64,000 bases of DNA from an uncultured Pseudomonadales bacterium (lineage in GTDB: Bacteria > Patescibacteriota > Microgenomatia > UBA1400 > Chazhemtobacteraceae): contig CAYQZQ010000001.1 in assembly GCA_964422035.1 (NCBI GenBank), positions 587,786-651,785 on the forward strand. The letters are read 5' to 3'. Positions 18,610 through 28,256 of this stretch are shown one piece after another. Every line of letters starts with the position of its first letter. Positions within the stretch are counted from its first letter, which is position 1. The notes below the pieces were generated by a model. It ran no database searches, had not been told where the DNA came from, and saw only the letters and a list, made by a program, of their open reading frames with translations. A program made the position numbers and the translations under genes.

Positions 18610-18951
18610 ATGAAGAGAGGGAGAAATAATAAAAATTATTGGCCAGCTTTAGTCTTGGCGGTTTTGTGGTGGTTGCTTCTTGTGGGAGTTGTCATGTTAG
18701 TTGATCCCGAAGTGGTGGCTGATTTTCCTATATCTAATACATATTTGGTATTTTTTGTTTTGTTATTTTTGGCGGTGTTTTTCTTGGTTAGTCTTTTATT
18801 TGAGGACTCAAGGAGAGGGTTTTTGATGGCTTTATTGGTAACGGTATTAGGTTACTTGAGGTTGTGGGGATTGTGGGGGTGGGGGCCAGTGATCTTGATT
18901 TGTGGTGCTTTTATAGCTTTTGAGGTCTACTTTATAAGCAGAAAGAATTGA
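18610..18951 (+). CDS. Small integral membrane protein (3-4 TM), unknown function
   Basis: 113 aa, highly hydrophobic and Trp-rich. Confidence 0.4.
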   Translation: MKRGRNNKNYWPALVLAVLWWLLLVGVVMLVDPEVVADFPISNTYLVFFVLLFLAVFFLVSLLFEDSRRGFLMALLVTVLGYLRLWGLWGWGPVILICGAFIAFEVYFISRKN

Positions 18952-19059
18952 TGTTGTCGAGGCTTTAGTATTTGACAATTTTTTATAGGTGGTTTATAAC
19001 TTCAGTTAATCTACATTGGTAAATTGCCTGCCCAGTTCTATTAATTAAAGTGGGCAGTT

Positions 19060-19431
19060 ATGCAAAGTTCAAGTAAAAAACTAAATAAGACAATTGAGAA
19101 ACAGATTTTTAAGATGCTGAATCAAGTTTTGGCAGACGCCAGAAAAGATGATGAGGTAAAAGTGTTGTTGCAAGATCTTTTGACTGATTCTGAAAGACTA
19201 GCTATGTCGAAGCGACTGGCAATTGCCTTGTATCTTGATAAGGGTAGAAGTTACGAGAATATCAAAAAAAATTTACGTGTGAGTTCAGCAACAATTGCAG
19301 GAGTAGCTGAGCAAATGGGAAATCCTGGAATGCAGATGGCAATAAATAAGATTAAGGCAGAGCAGTGGGCTGAAGAATGGAGTAAAAAGTTGGTCAAGAT
19401 GCTGGAAAAGGTGCTACCAAAAAGCAAATAA
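19060..19431 (+). CDS. TrpR-like YerC/YecD family DNA-binding protein
   Basis: 123 aa. 'LLTDSERLAMSKRLAIALYLDKGRSYENIKKNLRVSSATIAGVA' matches the YerC/YecD TrpR-like HTH core (L.T..E......R..IA..L..G..Y..I.....VS.ATI.R). Confidence 0.6.
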   Translation: MQSSSKKLNKTIEKQIFKMLNQVLADARKDDEVKVLLQDLLTDSERLAMSKRLAIALYLDKGRSYENIKKNLRVSSATIAGVAEQMGNPGMQMAINKIKAEQWAEEWSKKLVKMLEKVLPKSK

Positions 19432-19465
19432 GAGATTTTAGGGAAGGAATGATAAAATTGTAGCC

Positions 19466-20890
19466 ATGAGCAAAGAAGGTCATTTTTACGTAACAACTAC
19501 CTTGCCATATGTTAATGCAGATCCTCACATTGGATTTGCTCTAGAGTTAATTCAGGCTGATGTTTTGGCTAGATATAATCGCTTAATTGGAAAAAAAGTG
19601 CTTTTTAATACAGGAACGGACGAGCACGGTCAAAAGATTTATCAAAAAACAACTGAGCAAGACATTAACCCTCAAGATTATGTGGATGAATACTCAAAAA
19701 GATTTAAGAAGCTGAGAGGAGCTTTGAATTTGAGTTATAACAATTTCATTAGAACGACGGATAAAAATCATGTTGAGGCTGCGAGAGAGATGTGGCGAAG
19801 ATGTAAAGAAAGTGGCGATATTTACAAGGCTGATTATAAAATCAAGTATTGTGTGGGCTGTGAGATGGAGAAAACAGATTCCGAGTTGGAGGACGGCAGG
19901 TGCAACTTGCATCCCAATAAAGAGATTGAGATTAGGAAAGAAGAAAATTACTTCTTTAGGTTTTCAAAGTATGAAAAAGAGCTAATGAAGTTATACGAAA
20001 GTGAGGGGAATTTTATTGTCCCAGAAAATAGATTGTTGGAAATGAAAAACTTTGTTGAGAGCGGCCTTAAAGACTTCAGCATCTCAAGATTAAAGGAAAA
20101 AATGCCTTGGGGAATACCTGTTCCGGGCGACGATGAACATGTTATGTATGTTTGGTTTGATGCTTTAACAAATTATATTGCGGCTGCAGGTTGGCCAGAA
20201 GATAAGAGTGATTTTGATAAATGGTGGCCAGCGGTTCAGGTGGCAGGCAAGGATAATTTGCGACAACAGGGCGCTATGTGGCAGGCAATGCTTTTATCAG
20301 CTGGCTTACCAAATTCTAAACAGGTATTGATTCATGGCTTTATCACGAGTGGTGGAAAGAAGATGAGTAAGAGTTTGGGAAACGTAGTGAATCCATTTGA
20401 TTTGGTGGAAGAGTATGGAGCTGAAGCGGCTAGATATTACTTGTTGGCTAAAATTTCTTCTGATAAAGATGGGGATTTTACTACTGAAAGATTTGAAGAA
20501 GTTTATCAATCAGATTTAGCCAATGGTCTGGGAAACTTGTTATCAAGGGTAACAGCAATGGCAGAAAAGTCTAAGTGGCAGTTTCCTAAAAGAGAGGAGT
20601 ATGGAATTAATTTGATGGTGGGTGAAAAAATAGAAAATTTTGAATTTAGCAAGGCAATGGAAATTATCTGGGAGGACATCAGATCGGCAGATAGATATAT
20701 AAATGAAGAAAAAGTCTGGGAACTGGAAGGAGAAGAGCAAGCAGGAGCTTTGGATGTTTTGATTAATAAGTTGCGCCAGATTGCGGTAGACATAACTCCT
20801 TTTATGCCAGAGATCTCAAAGGAAATTCAAAAGAATTTAGAAAGGGGGCAAATTAAGAAAAGTGAGGGAATTTTCCCTCGTTTAGAATAA
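19466..20890 (+). CDS. metG: Methionine--tRNA ligase (short, class I)
   Basis: 'TLPYVNADPHIGFALELIQADVLARY' (HIGH-class motif). A zinc knuckle 'CVGCEMEKTDSELEDGRCNLHPNKEIE'. 'YVWFDALTNYI' and 'KMSKSLGNVVNP'. Confidence 0.85.
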   Translation: MSKEGHFYVTTTLPYVNADPHIGFALELIQADVLARYNRLIGKKVLFNTGTDEHGQKIYQKTTEQDINPQDYVDEYSKRFKKLRGALNLSYNNFIRTTDKNHVEAAREMWRRCKESGDIYKADYKIKYCVGCEMEKTDSELEDGRCNLHPNKEIEIRKEENYFFRFSKYEKELMKLYESEGNFIVPENRLLEMKNFVESGLKDFSISRLKEKMPWGIPVPGDDEHVMYVWFDALTNYIAAAGWPEDKSDFDKWWPAVQVAGKDNLRQQGAMWQAMLLSAGLPNSKQVLIHGFITSGGKKMSKSLGNVVNPFDLVEEYGAEAARYYLLAKISSDKDGDFTTERFEEVYQSDLANGLGNLLSRVTAMAEKSKWQFPKREEYGINLMVGEKIENFEFSKAMEIIWEDIRSADRYINEEKVWELEGEEQAGALDVLINKLRQIAVDITPFMPEISKEIQKNLERGQIKKSEGIFPRLE

Positions 20891-21658
20891 ATGGTTATTG
20901 ATACTCACTGTCACTTAATTGATGATGCGTTTGATAAAGATCGAGAGGCTGTAGTTCAAGATGCAATAGAGAGGGGTGTTGAAAGAATGATTGTTCCTAG
21001 TACAAGTTTGAGAGAATCTAAAGAGGTTGTTGGCTGGGTAGAAAGAACGGATGGCGTGTTTGGACTGGTTGGAGTTCATCCTGAGACTGTAATGAAAAAT
21101 GAAAAAATAGAAGTCGAAGGATTGAGAGAGTTGGCGATAAATGAAGGTGTGGTAGGTATTGGAGAGATTGGTTTAGATTTTTACTGGGACAAAGAAAAGA
21201 AGAGTAAGGTTAAGCAAATGGAAGTCTTTGAAAAACAAATGAAGATGGCGTCTGAGTTGGATTTACCAGTTGTGATTCACATGCGAGAAGCAGAGGAGGA
21301 GATGAAGAAAGTCTTAGGCAAGCTAGAGGTCCTGCCAAGAGGTCAGTTTCATTGCTGGTCTGGGAGTGAAAGTTTTTTGAAGTATGTTTTGGGCAAAGGT
21401 TTTTATGTTAGTTTTGCTGGAAATGTAACATATCCTAAAGCTGAAAAATTAAGAAAGCTGACAAAGATGGTGCCTGTTGATAAATTGCTTTTTGAGACAG
21501 ATTCCCCGTATTTAGCTCCTCAAAAGAAGCGTGGGACAAGAAATGTGCCTGAAAATGTTATAATTATAGGGAGATTTTTGGCTGATCTTTTGGGCATTTC
21601 AGAAAAAGAGCTGTTTGGAAGAGTCAGACAAAACACAAGAGAATTGTTTAATATATAA
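20891..21658 (+). CDS. tatD: TatD-family metal-dependent DNase/hydrolase
   Basis: 'MVIDTHCHLIDDAFDKD' (HxH...D), 'IGEIGLDFYW', 'VIHMREA' and 'FETDSPYLAP' are TatD motifs. The ATG start abuts the metG stop. Confidence 0.85.
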   Translation: MVIDTHCHLIDDAFDKDREAVVQDAIERGVERMIVPSTSLRESKEVVGWVERTDGVFGLVGVHPETVMKNEKIEVEGLRELAINEGVVGIGEIGLDFYWDKEKKSKVKQMEVFEKQMKMASELDLPVVIHMREAEEEMKKVLGKLEVLPRGQFHCWSGSESFLKYVLGKGFYVSFAGNVTYPKAEKLRKLTKMVPVDKLLFETDSPYLAPQKKRGTRNVPENVIIIGRFLADLLGISEKELFGRVRQNTRELFNI

Positions 21659-21667
21659 AAGTCTACA

Positions 21668-23179
21668 ATGAATAGATTATTATCTCCCATTAGAAAATTA
21701 ATTATAAAATACCCAAGAAGGTCAGAAAGAGTCTTGGAGATCTTGCCAGGTTTTGTATCTTGGAGTTTAATTTTATTTCCAGTTTGGGGCTCATTTTTTT
21801 GGCCTATCGGGGTAGCTTATTACATTATCGCCTTTGATGTTTACTGGTTTTACCGATCAGTATCCATGGGGGTAGCAGTTTTGGTAACTCATTTTAGAAT
21901 TAAGGCAGCTAGTAGTTATGATTGGATGGGCGATGTTAACGATTTCCCCGGATGGGAGGAGATGAGACACGCGATTGTAATACCAAACTACAACGAGCCA
22001 ACGCATCTTCTTGAAAGAGCTTTAGATAGTTTAGTTGCACAAACATTCCCAAGCAACAAGATCATTCCGATCATTGCGTGTGAGGAAAGAGCTGGAAAAG
22101 AGTTGTTTGAAGAAAGAAAAAGGGTATTAAAAGATAAATTTGAAGGCAAGTTTGATAAATTGATGTTCACTTTGCATCCGGCAGATATTGAGGGAGAAGT
22201 GGCTGGGAAATCAGCAAATGCTGCTTGGGCTTCTAAGAAGTTTAGAGAGGAAAAAGAGAAACATCCCGAATGGGAGGATAAGTATATGACCATTTCTTCT
22301 ATGGACATGGATATGGTTTATCACCCTAATTATTTTGCTAATTTGACTTACAACTTTCTAGATAATCCCGATAGGTACAGAAGGATCTGGCAAGGCGCAA
22401 TTGTTTACTACAACAACATCGATCAAATCCCGGGCCCGATGCGAGTATTTAATAGAATATCTTCGATCTTTCAGATGGCTTTATTGGTCAGGCAAGACAG
22501 ATTGATTAATTTTTCTACTTATTCAATGTCGGTTAAGCTAATGGAAGAGGTGGGATACTGGGATGCTGATGTTATTCCAGAAGATTATAGAATGTTTTTT
22601 AAGAGCTACTTTACTACTGGGGGAGAAGTTGAGGTTGAGCCGATTTTCTTGATTATTTCAGGGGATGCAGCAGAGTCTCACAATTTCTGGGGGACATTTA
22701 AAAACACTTATACACAAGTAAAAAGATGGGCATGGGGGGCAAGTGACGATGCATATATTTTGAAGAATTATTTTTTAGACACAGAGGCAGACTTTGGCGA
22801 TAAAACAGTAAGGGTGTTTAAGATTCTTGAAGATCACTTTTTGTGGCCTGTTAATTGGTTTATCGTTACTTTAGGAGCCACTTTGCCTCCCCTTTTGAAT
22901 GAAGATTTTTCGAGAACAATCATCGGTAAAACATTACCTCAGATAGCAAGTGCGATCTTAACTGTGTCGTTGGTTAGCTTAGTTGCAAGCCTATTTGTTG
23001 AGTTTAGAGCAAGGCCTGATTTAAAAAATTCTTCTTTGTTCAAGAAGATCATGGCTCCTCTTGAATTGATACTTTTACCATTTGTTGGGCTTTTCTTTTC
23101 AGCATTACCGGGACTGGAAGCACACACTCGTTTAATGCTTGGGAAATATATTGAATACCGAGTGACTGAGAAAGTTTAA
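21668..23179 (+). CDS. Membrane-bound family-2 glycosyltransferase (processive beta-glycan-synthase-like)
   Basis: TM helices flank a cytoplasmic GT-A domain: 'AIVIPNYNEP' (GT2 start), a 'DMDMV' DxD motif and a C-terminal multi-TM region. 503 aa. Confidence 0.7.
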   Translation: MNRLLSPIRKLIIKYPRRSERVLEILPGFVSWSLILFPVWGSFFWPIGVAYYIIAFDVYWFYRSVSMGVAVLVTHFRIKAASSYDWMGDVNDFPGWEEMRHAIVIPNYNEPTHLLERALDSLVAQTFPSNKIIPIIACEERAGKELFEERKRVLKDKFEGKFDKLMFTLHPADIEGEVAGKSANAAWASKKFREEKEKHPEWEDKYMTISSMDMDMVYHPNYFANLTYNFLDNPDRYRRIWQGAIVYYNNIDQIPGPMRVFNRISSIFQMALLVRQDRLINFSTYSMSVKLMEEVGYWDADVIPEDYRMFFKSYFTTGGEVEVEPIFLIISGDAAESHNFWGTFKNTYTQVKRWAWGASDDAYILKNYFLDTEADFGDKTVRVFKILEDHFLWPVNWFIVTLGATLPPLLNEDFSRTIIGKTLPQIASAILTVSLVSLVASLFVEFRARPDLKNSSLFKKIMAPLELILLPFVGLFFSALPGLEAHTRLMLGKYIEYRVTEKV

Positions 23180-23332
23180 TCGAAATGGGCGGACAAAGGT
23201 AAGGTGAAGAGTTGTTAATATAAGGGCATTGGAGTAGTCGAAAAGTTTATGTTGTGAAATGGTGAGGCTAAGATTAAGAAATTATTACTCATTGTTGGCC
23301 ATGACTTGTGTGATAAGGAAAAAAATAATTAA

Positions 23333-24841
23333 ATGAAGATATTGATGAAAAAAAGATGGCAAGCTTTTAAAGACTGGGTCGAGAATAATCGAGGGGTAAT
23401 TATAGTTTTGTTAATTGTGTCTTTATTGCGGGTTCCGAACTTGTTTGAGCCAGCATGGTATGGAGATGAGGGGATTTATTTAGCGGTGGGACAGGGGATA
23501 AAGCGTGGTTTGGTTTTATACAAAGAGATCTTTGATCATAAGCCACCAATTATTTATTGGTTAGCTGCCTTATCTGGTGAGCTATTGTGGTTTAAGGTGG
23601 TTGGAATCATAGCTAATTTTTTAAGTATAGTAGTGATACATAAGATTAGTGAGAAGTTGTTTAGTAAAAAGAATGTTTCATTTGTAGTTACGTTGTTTTT
23701 TGGTGTAATTACTACTCTTCCTTGGATTGAAGGGAATATTGTTAATGCTGAGTTGTTGTTTATCTTGACAACAAGTTTGGCAGTATGGATTTTGATCAGG
23801 AAGAGAATGATGAATGTTAAGTGGGTTGATTTATTATTTGCAGGAATTATGTTGGGGGTTGGTGTCTTACTAAAAGCCCCCGTTTTATTGGATATAGCAG
23901 CTGTTTCTCTTTGGTTTATTGCCTTTAGAAAGGGATTGAAGATCTATTGGGGAGAGATTTGGAAAGTGGTGGTTTTGGGAGTTGGGGTTCTTATTCCTTC
24001 AGCTTTGGCTGGTATATATTTTTGGATAGAGGGAGTCTTTAATGAATATTTAATTGCAGCATGGGGTCAAAACTTTTCTTATCTTAGTTCTTGGGGGGGC
24101 GGAGAAGGATTATCTACGGGGGCTGCTGAAGGTGGGGGATTAATGATGAGGGGGATTGTTTTAGTAGTTTGGTTGTTGATTGTTTGGTGGTGGACTAGAA
24201 AAGAAAAAGTGAAAATGAGATTGATTGTGGTATGGTTTGGGATGGCTTTGTTTGGAGCTCTATTGGCGGGAAGACCTTATCCTCATTACTTAATCCAAAT
24301 CGCCCCGGCGGGAGCTTTGTTAATTGGAGTAATTTGGGAGACAAAAAATAAAGGAACTGTGCTTAGCGGTTGCTTGGGACTGATGTTATTGGTAGTAGCT
24401 ATTTTTAAATATGATTTTGGTTTTTATAAATCAGTAGAGTATTACAAAAATTTTGGACGTTATGTAGCTGGCAAGATAGGACAAACAGAATTTTATGATA
24501 GTTTTGACTGGAGGGTAAGTAGAAATTATCAAATCGGTAAATATATAAGAGAAAGGACAGATAAAAATGATCGAATTTATATTTGGAGTGATGAACCTAA
24601 TATTTACGTTCTTTCAGAGAGATCTCCAGCAGGTAAGTGGGTGATGGCTTATCATATTGATATTTTTGACAAAAAAGATGGGGTTTTGGAAGCTATTAAA
24701 GAAGAAAAGCCTAAATTTATTCTTTGGCCTAAAGAAGCAAGAGAGTTTAAAGCTTTGTCCTCCTATAGAGAAGCATGGTATATACAAGTAGAAGAATTTC
24801 AAGGGATGAAGGTTTATCGCAGAATGAATTGGAAGCAGTGA
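23333..24841 (+). CDS. GT-C fold glycosyltransferase (PMT/ArnT/GT39/83-like polyprenyl-phosphate-sugar dependent transferase)
   Basis: 502 aa. 'PAWYGDEGIYLAVGQ' sits in the first extracytoplasmic loop (DE motif of PMT/ArnT-type enzymes). It has about 11 TM helices and a C-terminal soluble domain. Confidence 0.55.
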   Translation: MKILMKKRWQAFKDWVENNRGVIIVLLIVSLLRVPNLFEPAWYGDEGIYLAVGQGIKRGLVLYKEIFDHKPPIIYWLAALSGELLWFKVVGIIANFLSIVVIHKISEKLFSKKNVSFVVTLFFGVITTLPWIEGNIVNAELLFILTTSLAVWILIRKRMMNVKWVDLLFAGIMLGVGVLLKAPVLLDIAAVSLWFIAFRKGLKIYWGEIWKVVVLGVGVLIPSALAGIYFWIEGVFNEYLIAAWGQNFSYLSSWGGGEGLSTGAAEGGGLMMRGIVLVVWLLIVWWWTRKEKVKMRLIVVWFGMALFGALLAGRPYPHYLIQIAPAGALLIGVIWETKNKGTVLSGCLGLMLLVVAIFKYDFGFYKSVEYYKNFGRYVAGKIGQTEFYDSFDWRVSRNYQIGKYIRERTDKNDRIYIWSDEPNIYVLSERSPAGKWVMAYHIDIFDKKDGVLEAIKEEKPKFILWPKEAREFKALSSYREAWYIQVEEFQGMKVYRRMNWKQ

Positions 24842-24853
24842 TATACTGTAGGC

Positions 24854-25201
24854 ATGGAAAAAGATGTCGAGAAAGATAAGAAAGGGATTGAAATAGTCAT
24901 AATTGTGTTGGCCGTTGTGTGGTTTCTTTCAGCAGCACTACTGCTGGTTTTTTGGAAAAAGCTCCCCCCAGAGATGCCGTGGTTTTATTCTTTGCCGTGG
25001 GGAGAAGAACAGTTGATAAGTAAAGAGGGGATGGTGTTTGTAATGGGTGGATTAGGAGGAGTGATAGGATTAGATATCTTTTTTGCCAAAAGACTGGAAA
25101 AAGAAGATGAATTTTTGACAAAGATGTTGCTGTGGGGAGCATTGGCTACAACAGGATTGGTTTTATTAAGTTGGATTAAGGTGTTGATAATCATTTTATG
25201 A
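24854..25201 (+). CDS. Small membrane protein (3 TM)
   Basis: 115 aa and hydrophobic. It is abutted by GT genes on both sides and shares a 4-nt overlap with the next gene. Confidence 0.4.
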   Translation: MEKDVEKDKKGIEIVIIVLAVVWFLSAALLLVFWKKLPPEMPWFYSLPWGEEQLISKEGMVFVMGGLGGVIGLDIFFAKRLEKEDEFLTKMLLWGALATTGLVLLSWIKVLIIIL

Positions 25202-26295
25202 ACATGGAAGAAATGAGGTTAATATGGGGACCACTGTTTTTATCAATGGTTGTTTCTTGGGTTGTTAGTAAGCTGGTTATAAAGATTTATAAAAAAATAG
25301 GGTGGGTAATTGACCCTAAAAAACAAAAACACCCAGCACATGTCCACAAAAAACCGGTACCTAAAGGGGGAGGGATTTCAGTTTTTTTTGGTAGCGTAGC
25401 GGCAATGATGGTTTTTTTACCCTTAGACGGACATTTGATAGCAATCATTTTGGCGGGTTTGCTTTTGGTATCCGTGGGCGTTTGGGATGATGCAAGTGAT
25501 ATAAGCCCGATATTGAGATTGTTGGTAAATTTTTTGGCGGCAGGCATTGTAATTGGAGCAGGTATTGGAATTGCCTATGTAACCAACCCTTTTGGATCAG
25601 GAATAATTCATTTGAATCAACCACAATTAAGCTTTTATCTTTTGGATAAGCAAAGAAGCATCTGGCTTTTAGCTGATTTATTAGCTTTGCTGTGGATTCC
25701 TTTTATGATTAATGCTGTTAACTGGAGTAGTGGGCTAGACGGACAAATTGCAGGGGTGGTACCGATAGCTGCTGCTACTATTGGAATACTATCTTTTAGA
25801 TTTAGTGCTGATGTTACCCAGTGGCCGGTAGCTATTGCGGCTTTTTCTTTAGCGGGTGCTTTTTTGGGATATTTGCCATATAGTTTTTATCCCCAGAAAT
25901 CTATGCCTGGATATGGCGGGGCAGGTTATGCAGGGTTCATGTTGGCAGTTTTAGCAATTTTATCTACAACTAAGGTGGGAACGGCGATGGTGGTTTTGGG
26001 TGTTCCATTAATCGACGCTATATATGTAGGTGTAAGCAGAATTATTAAAGGGAAATTGCCTTGGAAGGGTGGGAGAGAGCATCTGCATCATAAGTTAATG
26101 GATCTGGGGTGGGGAAAAAGGCGAATAGCAGTTTTTTACTGGTTGGTTACTGGGTTATTGGGGTTGATTGCATTAAGTTTGAACAGTAGACAGAAGCTAT
26201 ATACAATGGTGGCAATAGCTGTTATTTTAGGAGGCTTTTTTATATGGGTATCGCAAGGGCACTTGTTAGAACTGCAAGACCAAGACAATGGTTAA
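25198..26295 (+). CDS. Polyprenyl-phosphate N-acetylhexosamine-1-phosphate transferase (GT4, WecA/TagO/MraY superfamily)
   Basis: 'VGVWDDASDISP' (the DDxxD Mg2+ motif of MraY/WecA), 'NAVNWSSGLDG' (NxxNxxDGxDG) and about 10 TM helices. Confidence 0.75.
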   Translation: MNMEEMRLIWGPLFLSMVVSWVVSKLVIKIYKKIGWVIDPKKQKHPAHVHKKPVPKGGGISVFFGSVAAMMVFLPLDGHLIAIILAGLLLVSVGVWDDASDISPILRLLVNFLAAGIVIGAGIGIAYVTNPFGSGIIHLNQPQLSFYLLDKQRSIWLLADLLALLWIPFMINAVNWSSGLDGQIAGVVPIAAATIGILSFRFSADVTQWPVAIAAFSLAGAFLGYLPYSFYPQKSMPGYGGAGYAGFMLAVLAILSTTKVGTAMVVLGVPLIDAIYVGVSRIIKGKLPWKGGREHLHHKLMDLGWGKRRIAVFYWLVTGLLGLIALSLNSRQKLYTMVAIAVILGGFFIWVSQGHLLELQDQDNG

Positions 26296-27176
26296 AAAAT
26301 GTGGCTTTATTGGCTCCGCTTATATTTAGCGGACTTTTAATTGTACCTGGCAAGCTGGAGACTGCAATAAATGCGGTTATCATATTTACGATTTTAACCA
26401 GCAGTGTCTATATTCTTAATGATTTGTTGGATTTGCCAGCTGACAAAAAACATCCTTTTAAGAGAATGCGCCCTTTGCCTTCTGGAGATTTACCCATAGG
26501 GATGGCTGTGTTTGCGATGATGTTTGGAATAATAGTTTCTTTAAGTTTGGCGTATTCAATGAACTTCTTCTTCTTTTTGATTGCGTTGACTTATTTTATT
26601 TTGTCAGGAATTTTATATACATTGTGGTTTAAGCAAGTACCAATTGTAGATGTAATTACTATTGCATCAGGGTATGTATTAAGAGTGTATGCCGGCTCCG
26701 TGGTGATCGATGCTCATATGAACGTGTGGTTTTTGTTAACAGTCATATCACTATCTTTATTTTTGGCGGTAGGAAAGAGAAGAAGTGAGATGACACTTTT
26801 GTCTGAGTCTGGTGAAACTAAAGAGATAAGAAAAACTTTGAAAAGATATACGGGAGGATTGCTTGATATTTATACGGCGATGTTTGCAACTGCAACCTGG
26901 CTTACATATGCATTATTTACTTTTAATCAGCCAAAGATTTTTTTAGGAGGAAAGTTTTTGACTTTAATGTCAGTTTTACCAAGAACATTTATGAATGAAA
27001 AATGGTTAATGGTAACTATTCCTTTTGTAGTATATGGGGTAATGAGGTACTTGCAGCTGATTTATGAAAAAAATGAAGGAGAAAGTCCTGAGAAGGTATT
27101 GCTTAGTGACAAACCTTTAGTGTTAACTGTGTTAACTTGGGGGGTTTTGGTGATTGGCTTGATATACGGGGTATAA
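26244..27176 (+). CDS. UbiA-family polyprenyl-phosphate transferase (decaprenyl-phosphate phosphoribosyltransferase/DPPR-synthase-like)
   Basis: 'SVYILNDLLDLPADKKHP' (NDxxDxxxD first Asp-rich motif) and a second Asp-rich region 'VIDAHMNVW'. It has 8-9 TM helices. It overlaps the upstream GT4 gene by 52 nt in another frame. Confidence 0.65.
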   Translation: MGIARALVRTARPRQWLKNVALLAPLIFSGLLIVPGKLETAINAVIIFTILTSSVYILNDLLDLPADKKHPFKRMRPLPSGDLPIGMAVFAMMFGIIVSLSLAYSMNFFFFLIALTYFILSGILYTLWFKQVPIVDVITIASGYVLRVYAGSVVIDAHMNVWFLLTVISLSLFLAVGKRRSEMTLLSESGETKEIRKTLKRYTGGLLDIYTAMFATATWLTYALFTFNQPKIFLGGKFLTLMSVLPRTFMNEKWLMVTIPFVVYGVMRYLQLIYEKNEGESPEKVLLSDKPLVLTVLTWGVLVIGLIYGV

Positions 27177-27181
27177 AAGAT

Positions 27182-28087
27182 TTATTTTTTTCCGGTGGTG
27201 ATTACAGCATCATAGTTGGAGTCTAGGTTGAGCTGGCCAGAAAGAGATGCTGAGAAAGATCCGCTTAGGGCATCGCTTAAAAGGTTGAAGAGTTGGTTGG
27301 ATGCGTCAGGATGTAGGCTGATTTGAGTTTGTTGGTAGTCGAAGGTGCTAGCGTTGGCTGTTTCAATTGATGTAAAGCCGGCTTCTACCAAGAGGTCTTC
27401 AGCTTGCCCTGCTTGTCCAGGGGTGCCAGTGCCATTTAATACTTGAATCGAGTATTGAGAGAGGTCAAAAGCGGTGTCTTCGATTTGGGCTGACTGAGTG
27501 CCAAGTATGGGTTCCTGTAGATCAGTTTGTTGGGACAATTGGGCAGAGATTGTTAGGCGATATCCGGGCAGAGTACGAGCTCTGATTGTCTTATCCTTAA
27601 ATCCGGGGGATGTGAGGGCAATGACGTGCTCACCAGTTTGAATTGTTTCTAGCGAGATGGGAGTAAAACCTTTGGGGGCACCATCAACTGAGACATTGAC
27701 GGAGTCTGGCAAGGTAGAAATGGCTAGCTCTGTGTCTTTTTGAGATGATATTTTTTCAAAAGAGAGAATGTAACCATGATTTTGATCAGAATCCTTGCTT
27801 AGCTTACGGTCGACGACAGTGAGAATGTTGGGACTTAAAGTTATTGTAGTCTGCCAGGGAGAAAGTTGCGGATCTTGAGGGGTAAGTTGAAGGGTGTATT
27901 GACCAGGTTCTAGATCTTCTTTTACTAAAGGTGTTGTTCCCAGTGAAGTACCATCAAACATAACAGTGGATTGGGGGGTAGAGGTGACCTGAAGCCCAGC
28001 CTTTTTTTTGTCGAGAAATGGTATTTTAAGTTGACAGGCTGAAAGGAAGAAGGAAAGAGAGATAAAAACTAATATTTTTTTAAACAT
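27182..28087 (-). CDS. Lipoprotein with PEGA domain and LytR_C-terminal domain
   Basis: Signal plus lipobox-like 'FFLSAC'. 'VTSTPQSTVMFDGTSLGTTPLVKEDLEPGQYTLQLT' is PEGA-like. 'IQVLNGTGTPGQAGQAEDLLVEAGFT' is a LytR C-terminal domain. Confidence 0.55.
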   Translation of the reverse strand: MFKKILVFISLSFFLSACQLKIPFLDKKKAGLQVTSTPQSTVMFDGTSLGTTPLVKEDLEPGQYTLQLTPQDPQLSPWQTTITLSPNILTVVDRKLSKDSDQNHGYILSFEKISSQKDTELAISTLPDSVNVSVDGAPKGFTPISLETIQTGEHVIALTSPGFKDKTIRARTLPGYRLTISAQLSQQTDLQEPILGTQSAQIEDTAFDLSQYSIQVLNGTGTPGQAGQAEDLLVEAGFTSIETANASTFDYQQTQISLHPDASNQLFNLLSDALSGSFSASLSGQLNLDSNYDAVITTGKK

Positions 28088-28168
28088 GTTCTTGCTTAGT
28101 TTAACAAATTAAAGGTGGTTTGTGGATATTATAAGAGAAAAGAGAGGCTAGGTGGTAAAATGTGTGTG

Positions 28169-28244
28169 TGGCGCAGTGGCGAAGTTAGTCTAACGCGGCG
28201 GTCTGCAAAACCGCTATTCACGGGTGCAAGTCCCGTCTGCGCCT
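28169..28244 (+). tRNA. tRNA-Cys (anticodon GCA) candidate with non-canonical D- and T-loops
   Basis: A perfect 7-bp acceptor stem (GGCGCAG/CUGCGCC), a 5-bp anticodon stem (GCGGU/ACCGC) with loop CU-GCA-AA (U33, A37), a 5-nt variable loop, and a 5-bp T-stem (ACGGG/CCCGU) with a 7-nt loop. The D-loop lacks GG and the T-loop reads UGCAAGU. Confidence 0.5.
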
Positions 28245-28256
28245 CAATTTTGTTTT

